From assembly GCA_963809425.1 (NCBI GenBank), contig CAWEJK010000009.1, forward strand, positions 77,228-141,227: 64,000 nt of DNA, written 5' to 3'. Each line of letters starts with the position of its first letter. The stretch's first letter is position 1. The notes under the pieces are model-generated. The model was not told the origin of the DNA. It did no database searches and saw nothing but the letters and a program-made list of their open reading frames with translations. This document shows, in pieces, positions 24,944-35,183 of this stretch. This DNA is from Thermoanaerobaculia bacterium. Lineage in GTDB: Bacteria; Acidobacteriota; Thermoanaerobaculia; UBA5066. The translations under genes and the position numbers were made by a program.

Positions 24944-25963
24944 TCAGGCGGCGACGGGCGCCGCGGCCGGCCTTTGCCCGCGCTCGGCTCGGATCGTCCG
25001 GCTGAAGAGGGAGAGCCGGCGGTCGAAGATGAACTGCAGGAGAAGACGCGTCCACGATCGATGGCAATGCAGGGCCCCGTAAACCTCGGGGACCGACCGG
25101 CGAACCGCGGGAAGCCTGTTCCAGGGCACGGACGGGAAATCGTGGTGCTCGTTGTGATAGCCCACGTTGAGAGCCGGGACGTTGAGCGGCCCGTAGTAAC
25201 TCGACGTCTCCTGGCCTTCGAATACGAGGAAGTGCTCCTGAATCCAGCGCGCGCCGAGCGGGTGGAGACCGACGGAGAAGAAGAATGAAACCGCGAGGAA
25301 CAGGAGCGCCCTGGGGCCCAGAACAGCCCAGACGGCGACGTCGTACGCGAGCTGCACGCCGATGTTCACGAACACCCACGGCGAAAAGAGCGAGATCTCG
25401 CGCAGACGCGGGGGTCGCGTGACCTGAAAGAACGGGAAGAACAGGAGCCACAGGGCCTTGCGCACGGCCGAGTGGCCGACGAGGCGCGCTTCCCAGCGGC
25501 TCGGAATGTCGGCATCCAGCTCGTAGACACCCTGATAGGCGTGGTGCTTCAGGTGGTACGTCTGGAACGAGATCGCGCTCGGCAGGACGTGCGGGAGGTT
25601 CGCGACGATGGCGGCGGTCCGGTTCCAGCTCGCGCTTCGGAACAGGAGGTTGTGGGAGCACTCGTGGATGAGTACCCAGAGGGCGTGATCCAGGAAGGCT
25701 CCGACCGCGAACGCGATGGTGAAGCTCGCCCAGAGCGGCGCGCGCGCGAGGACGGCGGCGAGCGCGGTCTGCGCCAGGACGATTCCGACGACGAGGAGGA
25801 CGCTCCACGGGTTTCGTCCCGCGAGCTCGCGAATTTCCGCGTGACTCCGGAGGATTTCGCGCGCACGGAGCGCGTGCGGCTCACGCTGATCGGAGAAGGC
25901 GAAATCCTCGCTCGTTCGGCCTGTCGACACGGTGCTCGAATCCACAATGCCTCTCGACAGCAA
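24944..25963 (-). CDS. membrane fatty acid desaturase, sphingolipid delta4-desaturase (DES/DEGS)-like
   Basis: Three histidine boxes: HECSHN, HLKHHAYQG and HNEHHDFPSVPW. Confidence 0.85.
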   Translation of the reverse strand: MLSRGIVDSSTVSTGRTSEDFAFSDQREPHALRAREILRSHAEIRELAGRNPWSVLLVVGIVLAQTALAAVLARAPLWASFTIAFAVGAFLDHALWVLIHECSHNLLFRSASWNRTAAIVANLPHVLPSAISFQTYHLKHHAYQGVYELDADIPSRWEARLVGHSAVRKALWLLFFPFFQVTRPPRLREISLFSPWVFVNIGVQLAYDVAVWAVLGPRALLFLAVSFFFSVGLHPLGARWIQEHFLVFEGQETSSYYGPLNVPALNVGYHNEHHDFPSVPWNRLPAVRRSVPEVYGALHCHRSWTRLLLQFIFDRRLSLFSRTIRAERGQRPAAAPVAA

Positions 25964-26033
25964 TCTCCGCGCCAGTATCCCCGATCCTGCGCCCGATTGG
26001 AACGCCTTCCGCCTCCCCGGCGAAACCTCGCGG

Positions 26034-27497
26034 TCAGGACCCGATCCGATACAGCTTGACCTTGTTGTAGACGGTCTTGAGGCTGACCTTGAGAACCTCG
26101 GCGGCCTTTCTCTTGTCGCCGCCGACCGCGAGCAGCGTTCGCTCGAGAACGCGGCGTTCTACCTCTTCGAGGGAATCGCCGACGCGGATCGGCACGCTGA
26201 GAGGATCGTCGGGGGCCGGCTCGCCCGCCGCGGGCGGAGAAGCCGGCTCCGCTCGGCCCTCGAACCCACCGTCCACTGCCGAGACCGTCGGCGCCGGCGG
26301 GCGCACGGCCGCAAATACGCCGCTCGAACGGCCGGCCAGAACGCCTGCCACGACCGTCTCGTCCACGACGTCTCCGTCCGAGAGCACGTAGGCCCGATGC
26401 ACGACGTTGCGAAGCTCGCGGACGTTTCCGGGCCATTCGTGCCCCTGAAGCCGCTCGATGGCCCCCGGCGAAAAGCTGCGACGGCCGCCTTCCTCGCTCT
26501 CGGCGACGCGCTCGAGAAAGTGCCGGGCGAGCACCACCACGTCCTCTTTCCGTTCGCGAAGGGGCAGGATGTGGAGCGGCAGCACGTTGAGCCGGTAGTA
26601 GAGGTCCTCGCGGAGCACCTTTTTCTCGACGGCTTCGCGAAGGTCGCGATTCGAGCTCGAGATGACCCGCACGTCGCTTCCGATCTCTTCGTTGCCCCCG
26701 ACGCGGCGGAAGGAGCGGGTTTCCAGGACGCGCAGGAACTTGACCTGGAGCTCCGGCGGCATCTCGGTCACCTCGTCGAGAAACAGGGTGCCGCCCTGCG
26801 CCAGCTCGAAATACCCGGCGCGCCGCTTGTCCGCGCCCGTGAAAGCTCCCTTCTCGTGCCCGAAGAGCTCGCTCTCGATCAGGCTCGAGGAAACGGCGCC
26901 GCAGTTGATCGCCACGATGGGTTTGTCGCTTCGGCGCGAGAGCATGTGAATCGTCTGCGCCGCCGCTTCCTTGCCGCTGCCGCTCTCGCCCGTGATCGAC
27001 ACCGGTGCGTCGGAGCGGGCGATGCGGGCGATGACCGCGCACATCTCGCGCATGGGCGCCGAGACCCCGATCATGGTGCCGAAGCGCCCCGTCTCGTCCA
27101 GGACCTTCCAGAGACCGGCATCGGCGCTGCCCGAGGTCTGTCCCGGACGCAGGCGCTCGAGCACCGCCTCGAGCTGCGCGGGACGCAGCGGCTTGACGAG
27201 GTAGTCGAAGGCGCCCGCCTTCATCGCTTCGACCGCCGTGTCGAGCGATCCGTGGCCCGTGAGGACGACGACTTCACGCCGCGGATCCGCCGCCCGGGCC
27301 GCCCGGATGAAGTCGATCCCGTCTCCGTCCGGAAGCTGAAGATCCGTCAGACAGACGTCGGGATCAAAACTCGCGAGCGCGGCGCGGGCTTCCGCCAGAG
27401 TACCGGCGACCTCCACCTGAAGGCCGGACTCCTGGAGGAGCTCCTGGAGCCCCTTTCTGGTGTCGGCATCGTCTTCGACGACGAGAATCTTCATCAT
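26034..27497 (-). CDS. sigma54-dependent response regulator (NtrC family)
   Basis: Receiver domain (VVEDDADT...DLQLPDGDG). AAA+ domain with GESGSGKE and ESELFGHEKGAFTGA. C-terminal Fis-type HTH. Confidence 0.9.
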   Translation of the reverse strand: MMKILVVEDDADTRKGLQELLQESGLQVEVAGTLAEARAALASFDPDVCLTDLQLPDGDGIDFIRAARAADPRREVVVLTGHGSLDTAVEAMKAGAFDYLVKPLRPAQLEAVLERLRPGQTSGSADAGLWKVLDETGRFGTMIGVSAPMREMCAVIARIARSDAPVSITGESGSGKEAAAQTIHMLSRRSDKPIVAINCGAVSSSLIESELFGHEKGAFTGADKRRAGYFELAQGGTLFLDEVTEMPPELQVKFLRVLETRSFRRVGGNEEIGSDVRVISSSNRDLREAVEKKVLREDLYYRLNVLPLHILPLRERKEDVVVLARHFLERVAESEEGGRRSFSPGAIERLQGHEWPGNVRELRNVVHRAYVLSDGDVVDETVVAGVLAGRSSGVFAAVRPPAPTVSAVDGGFEGRAEPASPPAAGEPAPDDPLSVPIRVGDSLEEVERRVLERTLLAVGGDKRKAAEVLKVSLKTVYNKVKLYRIGS

Positions 27498-27556
27498 GGA
27501 GCTCCTGCGCAGCCTGAATCGACAGCGCCATTGTAAATCTTACGGAACGACCAGCC

Positions 27557-28876
27557 TCAGATGCCGCTGCCCTTCAGGATCGTGACGACCGTCCGAAGCA
27601 GGATGAATAAGTCCAGCAGCGGCGTCCAGTGGAAGAGATAACCGAGGTCGTAGCGGAGCTTGACGTCGGGCTTCGTCGCGTACGCCCCCATCACCTGCGC
27701 GAGACCCGTCAGGCCGGGTTTGAGGACATGCCGGAGGCGGTAGGCGGGAATCTCTCTCTCGTACTCGGCCACGAATTCGGGGCGTTCGGGCCTCGGTCCG
27801 ATGAGGCTCATCGATCCCTGGAGGACGTGAAGAAGTTGCGGAAGCTCGTCGAGCCGCGTCCGGCGCAGAAGCGCCCCGGTTCGCGTCACGCGCTCGTCGT
27901 CGCGGCCCGACAGGGTGGGACCCGTCCCGGCCTCGGCGTCTGCCCGCATCGTGCGGACCTTCCACAGGAGAAACTCCCGCCCCCCTCGCCCGACCCTGCG
28001 TTGGCGGATCCACGGCGCTCCCGGGCTGCCGAGCGCGACGGCCAGCGTCACCACGACGAGGACCGGGGCGGCGGCGAGGAGCAGGATCGTCCCGAACAGG
28101 ACGTCGAGAGCGCGTCTCCACGCGAATGCGAACAGGCTCGCGCCCCGCGTCGCCACGGGCGTGAGGGGCAGGTCGGCGAGACTCTTCGTCACGGCCCGCG
28201 ACGAGACGATGTCCGCGAGCCCTGGAAGCACCCAGAGCTCGAAGTCGTTTTCGAGGCTTCGTTCGAGTAGCGCCACGAGCTTCGGACGGTCCTCCGGCCG
28301 CTCGGACGCGAAAATCACGTCCTGCGCCCCCTTCAGCTCCTCCACCGAGGCGTCTTCGCTCCAGGCGGCGAGCGCGTGACCCGTGATCTGCCCCGCGCGC
28401 AGCGCTTCTGCGGCGCGACGCGCGTCGACACCCGAACCGAGCACGAGAACCGCGCGCGTGCCGATGGGCGCGAGAATCTCGGCGAACGCACGCCAGCGCC
28501 CGAGCGCGAAGGACAGGAGCGGCACCCAGACGAGGAGCACCGTCCGCGGCACCGCGCGGCCTGCGAAAAAGTACACGGCGAGGAGAAGGCCGCCCGCGAT
28601 GAGCGCCGACACGAGGAGGCCGCCCCGCTCTCTCACCGACGCGAACGGCTCGTCATAGGTGCCCGCCAGCCATAGCGCCGCCAGCGTCGCGAATGCCACG
28701 AGGGCGAGCCACGGAATCTCGAGCGAGAGATTGGAAGCCGGCAGCCTTCCGCCCGTGCCTGGCAGCGGAAGGAGGCGGCGCGCGGCGACGACGAGGGCGA
28801 AAAGCCCGGAAGCCACGCAAGCGTCGCCCGCTGCGAGGAGCAGGCCGCGGCCTCTCCGCCGGCCTCGAGGCCTCAC
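27557..28876 (-). CDS. exopolysaccharide polyprenyl glycosylphosphotransferase (bacterial sugar transferase)
   Basis: N-terminal TM segments plus the conserved C-terminal domain KVRTM, DELPQLLHVLQGSMSLIGPRP and PGLTGLAQV. Confidence 0.9.
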   Translation of the reverse strand: MRPRGRRRGRGLLLAAGDACVASGLFALVVAARRLLPLPGTGGRLPASNLSLEIPWLALVAFATLAALWLAGTYDEPFASVRERGGLLVSALIAGGLLLAVYFFAGRAVPRTVLLVWVPLLSFALGRWRAFAEILAPIGTRAVLVLGSGVDARRAAEALRAGQITGHALAAWSEDASVEELKGAQDVIFASERPEDRPKLVALLERSLENDFELWVLPGLADIVSSRAVTKSLADLPLTPVATRGASLFAFAWRRALDVLFGTILLLAAAPVLVVVTLAVALGSPGAPWIRQRRVGRGGREFLLWKVRTMRADAEAGTGPTLSGRDDERVTRTGALLRRTRLDELPQLLHVLQGSMSLIGPRPERPEFVAEYEREIPAYRLRHVLKPGLTGLAQVMGAYATKPDVKLRYDLGYLFHWTPLLDLFILLRTVVTILKGSGI

Positions 28877-30024
28877 GAGCTCCCCCTTGCCGCCCGGTAC
28901 GCCGCCATGAAGCCGTCCACCGAAGCCCGGCGGTCTGCGTGCGCCTCGACGAACGCGCGACCCTTCGCGCCGTCCCGTGCCGCGCGCTCGGGGTCGCCTA
29001 GATAGTCCACGATGGCGCTCGCGAACTGTTCGTCCGTGTCCGCCGTCCGGGCGGGCGGCAGATCGCCGGACGACGCGGCGCGCGAGGCGGCGCCGGGCGA
29101 TGCCACGACCGCGGCGCCGGCCTCGAAAGCTTCGAAGATCTTGTTCGGTGTTCCCGTCCCGAGGTCCACCGGCGCCACGACCACGCGCGCGGTCCGCAGG
29201 AAGGCCGCCATGTCGGGCACCGGGCTCACGACCTCCACGCCGTCGCGACCCCCCGCCGCGCGGATCTCGTCCGGCGCGTCGGCCCCGCCGAGCAGGAGGC
29301 GCGCGTCCGGCGCCGCGCGCTTCACGCGCGGCCAGATGTCGTCGAGAAGGCGTCGCGCAGCCAAGCGATTCGGACGGTACATGAGACGCCCGGTGAAGGC
29401 CACGACGGGCCCGCGCGGGGATTGGCCGGCCGGAAGCAGCACGACGCCGTTCGCCACGGCCCGCGTCCCCGCCGGGAGCCGCGCGGCGTCGGCCGGCGTC
29501 GTCGCGAGAAGGACGGCCGCGCCCCGAGCCGCCCGCTCCTCGGCGCGTGCGAGGCGCGGCGCCTCGACGGCCCAGTACGCGCGGCGCCAGAGCGCGGGCT
29601 CGTGGCGGGCGGCCTGTCGCGCCGCTTCGGCGAGCGCATCCACGAAGTCCACGACGAGCGGGGCCCCGGGCAAGGCTCCCGCGACGTGCGCGAGAAGGCG
29701 CGGCAGGAGCAGCGCGACGACGAGGTCGGCGCCGCCTGCCTCATGCAGCGCCGCGCGGAAATTCCCCGCGAAGAGAGCCGACTGCAGAGGCTCTCCGGAG
29801 AGAAGCGCCCGCGCCACGGCGAACGGGACGCGCGCGGGAGCGAGGGAAACGGGCAGGACGCGCGCCGCGAGCGGCACCCGCGGTTTCTCCCGCGGCCCCG
29901 CGCCTCCGACGATCGTCGTCTCGAACCCGGCGCCGTGGAGCGCCTGGAGGTGGATCTCCGCCCTGAGGCGATCGCCCGTGAAGCCGGTCCCGGGCAGGCG
30001 GGGAACGAGCAGGATCGCCTTCAT
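28873..30024 (-). CDS. glycosyltransferase family 4 (GT-B)
   Basis: Start at MKAILLV, with ATGA overlap to the GT2 stop. C-terminal GTPNKIFEAFEAGAAVVAS. The track ORF upstream of 30024 is a shadow frame. Confidence 0.85.
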   Translation of the reverse strand: MKAILLVPRLPGTGFTGDRLRAEIHLQALHGAGFETTIVGGAGPREKPRVPLAARVLPVSLAPARVPFAVARALLSGEPLQSALFAGNFRAALHEAGGADLVVALLLPRLLAHVAGALPGAPLVVDFVDALAEAARQAARHEPALWRRAYWAVEAPRLARAEERAARGAAVLLATTPADAARLPAGTRAVANGVVLLPAGQSPRGPVVAFTGRLMYRPNRLAARRLLDDIWPRVKRAAPDARLLLGGADAPDEIRAAGGRDGVEVVSPVPDMAAFLRTARVVVAPVDLGTGTPNKIFEAFEAGAAVVASPGAASRAASSGDLPPARTADTDEQFASAIVDYLGDPERAARDGAKGRAFVEAHADRRASVDGFMAAYRAARGSS

Positions 30025-31310
30025 CGGGGAGGGCGCGCCCGGTGCCAGCGAGAGGGCGCGGCCGCGCCGCCCAGAACGGCGCCGATCCACATCGCGAGCG
30101 ACGCCATGACGTCCGAGGAAGATACGGGCGGGGTTTCCGAGGGATAGCCGAGCCGGCGGCGAAGTGCGGCGAGTGAAAGCCACTCGAGGACCAGGGCCGC
30201 TTTCGCCTCGAACGAGAGGAGCAGAAGGAAAACCAGAAGCGCGATGGGTCGCGTCTGCGCGCCGCTCACGGCCGCGGCACCGCCGCCGACCCGGGCCACG
30301 CCGGACCACGTGCCATTCGAAGAAAACAACAACATGACCGCGTCCGAGACGGCCGCGAGAATCGCGAGGGCGAACAGCACGAGCAACCGCGGCCGAAGCC
30401 AGAGATCGCAGGCGAGGACGAACGCGCCCTTCGGGCTCTTCGCCGCGATTTGGAGGAGATCGCCGAAGCCCGTCGCGAGGAGCTTCAGATGGCCGCCGAA
30501 CCACCGCGCCCGCGACCGCGCCATCGCGCCGGATTCCGCGGAGGGCTCGTCGAAGCCGGTCGGGCCTTCGAGGGCGCGGATGCGCGTCCCGGCCGCGAGG
30601 AGAAGCAGCGTCGCCTCGGAATCCTCGACGGTCGTGCGCGTGGCCGCCGCCGGCCCGGCGCGAAACGCCCGCGGCGAAAACCCCATCGCCTTGCCGCGCA
30701 GGCGAACCGGCAGGCCTTCGGCGTCGCGCGCGAGATCGTCCTCGGCGGCCTGGGCGAGAGAAAGCGCCTCGACGCGCGGCGCGCCGGGCCCCGGAACGCC
30801 CGCGGGACGAACGGGCAGCTGAAAGACCTCGGCGCCCGCCGGAACCCTCAGGTCGCGGAAAAAACCCTCGGGCAGCCGCATGTCGGCGTCGAAGACGAGA
30901 ATGAACGAGTAATCGTCCAGCCGCGCGCCGAGTTCTTCGGCGAGGAACGCCAACGCGTGCCCTTTCGCGGGGCCGGGGGATTTCTTAGAAAGGTAATGGA
31001 CGCCGTCGCGCGCGAGGCGTGCTTCGGCATCGGGGTCGGGGCCGTCCAAGATGACGAGGACGTCGACGCCGGAAATCTTCTCTTCGCTCTTCTCCGATTC
31101 TCTCTTCAAATCCGCTGCGAGGTCCCCCACGCGCGCGCCCTCGGCTCGCGCCGGGATCACGGCCAGGATCTTCCCGGGCGCGCGAACGCCGAAGGTGTCC
31201 CGCGCGCCCCTCCGCGGCGCCGCGAGGCGCCGCAGCCTCAGCGCCGCATCGAGCGCGGGCAGCGCCGCCGCAAGGGCCAGCAGGCCGCAGAGGACGGTCG
31301 TCGTGTCCAC
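30021..31310 (-). CDS. glycosyltransferase family 2, membrane-integrated
   Basis: ILAVIPARAE, VLVILDG, LVFDADMRLP, followed by C-terminal TM segments. Confidence 0.8.
   Translation of the reverse strand: MDTTTVLCGLLALAAALPALDAALRLRRLAAPRRGARDTFGVRAPGKILAVIPARAEGARVGDLAADLKRESEKSEEKISGVDVLVILDGPDPDAEARLARDGVHYLSKKSPGPAKGHALAFLAEELGARLDDYSFILVFDADMRLPEGFFRDLRVPAGAEVFQLPVRPAGVPGPGAPRVEALSLAQAAEDDLARDAEGLPVRLRGKAMGFSPRAFRAGPAAATRTTVEDSEATLLLLAAGTRIRALEGPTGFDEPSAESGAMARSRARWFGGHLKLLATGFGDLLQIAAKSPKGAFVLACDLWLRPRLLVLFALAILAAVSDAVMLLFSSNGTWSGVARVGGGAAAVSGAQTRPIALLVFLLLLSFEAKAALVLEWLSLAALRRRLGYPSETPPVSSSDVMASLAMWIGAVLGGAAAPSRWHRARPPR
30975..31114. repeat. convergent pair of the AT-rich repeat family inside the GT2 gene (30975-30999+, 31071-31114-)
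   Basis: Sequences are gggggatttcttagaaaggtaatgg and ggaaatcttctcttcgctcttctccgattctctcttcaaatccg. They encode VHYLSKKSPG and LKRESEKSEEKISG. Confidence 0.7.
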
Positions 31311-31335
31311 GCGGCCCGCATCGTAGCGCCGAAGG

Positions 31336-33594
<2,259 letters not shown>

Positions 33595-33621
33595 GCTGTT
33601 CCTTTCGTCGGTCCCGCGGCG

Positions 33622-33631
33622 ATTCTAGAAT
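33622..33631. promoter_or_regulatory. perfect 10-bp palindrome ATTCTAGAAT in the maeB upstream region (candidate operator, or a -10-like TAGAAT)
   Basis: The sequence gcgattctagaatggc lies about 30 nt upstream of the maeB GTG (33594). Function is not demonstrated. Confidence 0.3.
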
Positions 33632-33663
33632 GGCGCCCGGCCTCCCGTCCTGATGCGGACGCA

Positions 33664-34500
33664 CTAACGAAGACGAGCCACGAGCGCGGGGAGCACGATC
33701 CCGAGACGAAAGAGAGGGAACGCGCGCGTCAGCGCCGCGCGCGCGTCCTCTTCGGTTCCCGACTCGAGAGCGCGTCGCACCAGGCGCTCGGCCGCGTCGA
33801 GATACCGGAGCTGGTCTTCGACGCCCTCACGCCCGCCCGCCGGACCATGCCCCGGCACGAGCGCCCGAAACGGGCGAAGACGCAGACTCTCGAGCGCGAG
33901 GCGCCACCCGGCGACGTCCGCGTCCTCGAGGTTCGGGTGATAGCCCGTCGAGACGAGATCTCCCGACACGAGAACTCCGAGATCGGGGGCGTCCACGCAG
34001 AGGTCGCCGGGCGTGTGGGCGTGACCGGGATGGAAGACGTCCAGCCGGAGGCCTCCCGCCTCGAGAAGAAACGCGCCGGAGACGATCCGCGAGGGGGCGT
34101 ACGGCGCCGCCGGCTCGAACAGGTGCGCGACTTCGGGGTTTCTCCGGCGCTCGGCGACGAGCCCGGGATGCTCTTTCGCCATTCGCGCCGCGGCTTCTTC
34201 GTGCGCCACGACGTCGGCGCCCTTCGCGGCGAAGTATCCCGCGCCGAGCGCGTGATCCGTGTGGTGGTGCGTGAGGACCACGTGCGTCACGGGAGACGTG
34301 CCGCGCGCGCGGAGGAGCGCGTCGAGCTCGGCCGCCTGCACCGGCGACACGAACGGGTCGACGAGAACGGTCGCGCCCGCGCCGAAAAACGCGACGGCGT
34401 TCGCGCCGTAGCTCGTCGCGAGCGTCTCGCCGCCGTACGTGAAGACCGAGACGGCCCCGGAGAGGCGATTCTCGGCGAGGGGAGAGGCGACGGCCGTCAC
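33664..34500 (-). CDS. MBL-fold metallo-hydrolase
   Basis: HHHTDH motif, with downstream HPGHAHTPGD and PGHG. Confidence 0.85.
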   Translation of the reverse strand: MTAVASPLAENRLSGAVSVFTYGGETLATSYGANAVAFFGAGATVLVDPFVSPVQAAELDALLRARGTSPVTHVVLTHHHTDHALGAGYFAAKGADVVAHEEAAARMAKEHPGLVAERRRNPEVAHLFEPAAPYAPSRIVSGAFLLEAGGLRLDVFHPGHAHTPGDLCVDAPDLGVLVSGDLVSTGYHPNLEDADVAGWRLALESLRLRPFRALVPGHGPAGGREGVEDQLRYLDAAERLVRRALESGTEEDARAALTRAFPLFRLGIVLPALVARLR

Positions 34501-34910
34501 GGTTCCCTCAGCAAGCGCAGATTCGAGATCGCCGCAATGCGATCGAAGTCCCGGTCGAGCGTGAAGAGGTGGGCGTCGGCGCGAATGGCCTGAGCCGTGA
34601 TGAGACAGTCGATCGCGGCCGCCGCAATGCCGCTCCGGCGGCAGTCGTCACGGATCGAGGCGGCCAGCCGATGATCTTCGACGGATGCGGTCCGCACTTC
34701 GAATCCTTCGAGGATCTCTTCCAGGCGGCGGCGCTGTGCAGCCGAGCGTGTTCCCGACAGGAGCTCCTGCAGGACGATCCCCGGGACGAACATCGGCTCG
34801 TCTGACTCCACGAGGCGCCGAAAGAACGCGGCTTCCCTCGGCTCCGGCTCCCTCGACGACCTCCGCCGGCGGAAGACCGACGAAAGCAGCGATGTGTCGA
34901 GCGCAATCAC
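34497..34910 (-). CDS. vapC: type II toxin, PIN domain (VapC)
   Basis: VIALDTSLL... is a PIN N-terminus, followed by a conserved acidic D in LTLDRDF. GTGA overlap with the vapB stop. Confidence 0.85.
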   Translation of the reverse strand: MIALDTSLLSSVFRRRRSSREPEPREAAFFRRLVESDEPMFVPGIVLQELLSGTRSAAQRRRLEEILEGFEVRTASVEDHRLAASIRDDCRRSGIAAAAIDCLITAQAIRADAHLFTLDRDFDRIAAISNLRLLREP

Positions 34911-35107
34911 CGGCGCCGGCGATCCGCCTTGTAGTTCCAACGCGGAGCGAACTGAATCGTTCCGAGATGCTTCAGAGCGCTCCGCCGCTTCCGGGAGCGG
35001 ATGAAATCTTCGAGCGCCCGATTGACCGTCTCTCTCTTCGTCTTGAGGCCGCCGAGCTTCAGCGCCTCAGCGAGGAGGCCGTCGTCGATCGCGAGGTTCG
35101 TCGGCAC
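34907..35107 (-). CDS. vapB: type II antitoxin (VapB, DUF2191-like)
   Basis: MPTNLAIDDGLLAEALKLGGLKTKRETVNRALEDFI. 66 aa, immediately upstream of the PIN gene. Confidence 0.8.
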   Translation of the reverse strand: MPTNLAIDDGLLAEALKLGGLKTKRETVNRALEDFIRSRKRRSALKHLGTIQFAPRWNYKADRRRR

Positions 35108-35183
35108 GGTTTCCCTCCATGCCTACACATGATCTCACACAATCAAACCGCCAGCGTCTTCGCTCCCGCCGCGAGCGACCTCT

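Noticed and set aside
27498-27556. A sigma54 (-24/-12) promoter upstream of the NtrC-family gene: TGGCGC-N5-ATTCA on the minus strand.
   Set aside because: The -12 element lacks the conserved GC (TTGC). The match is too weak to call.
31071-31114. Sequencing-adapter or vector contamination as the source of the AT-rich islands. For example, gaatcggagaagagcg loosely resembles AGATCGGAAGAGC.
   Set aside because: I could find no exact adapter-length match. The islands keep host reading frames open, with phase-specific removal of stops. That is not expected of chimeric read ends. Read-level confirmation is still needed.
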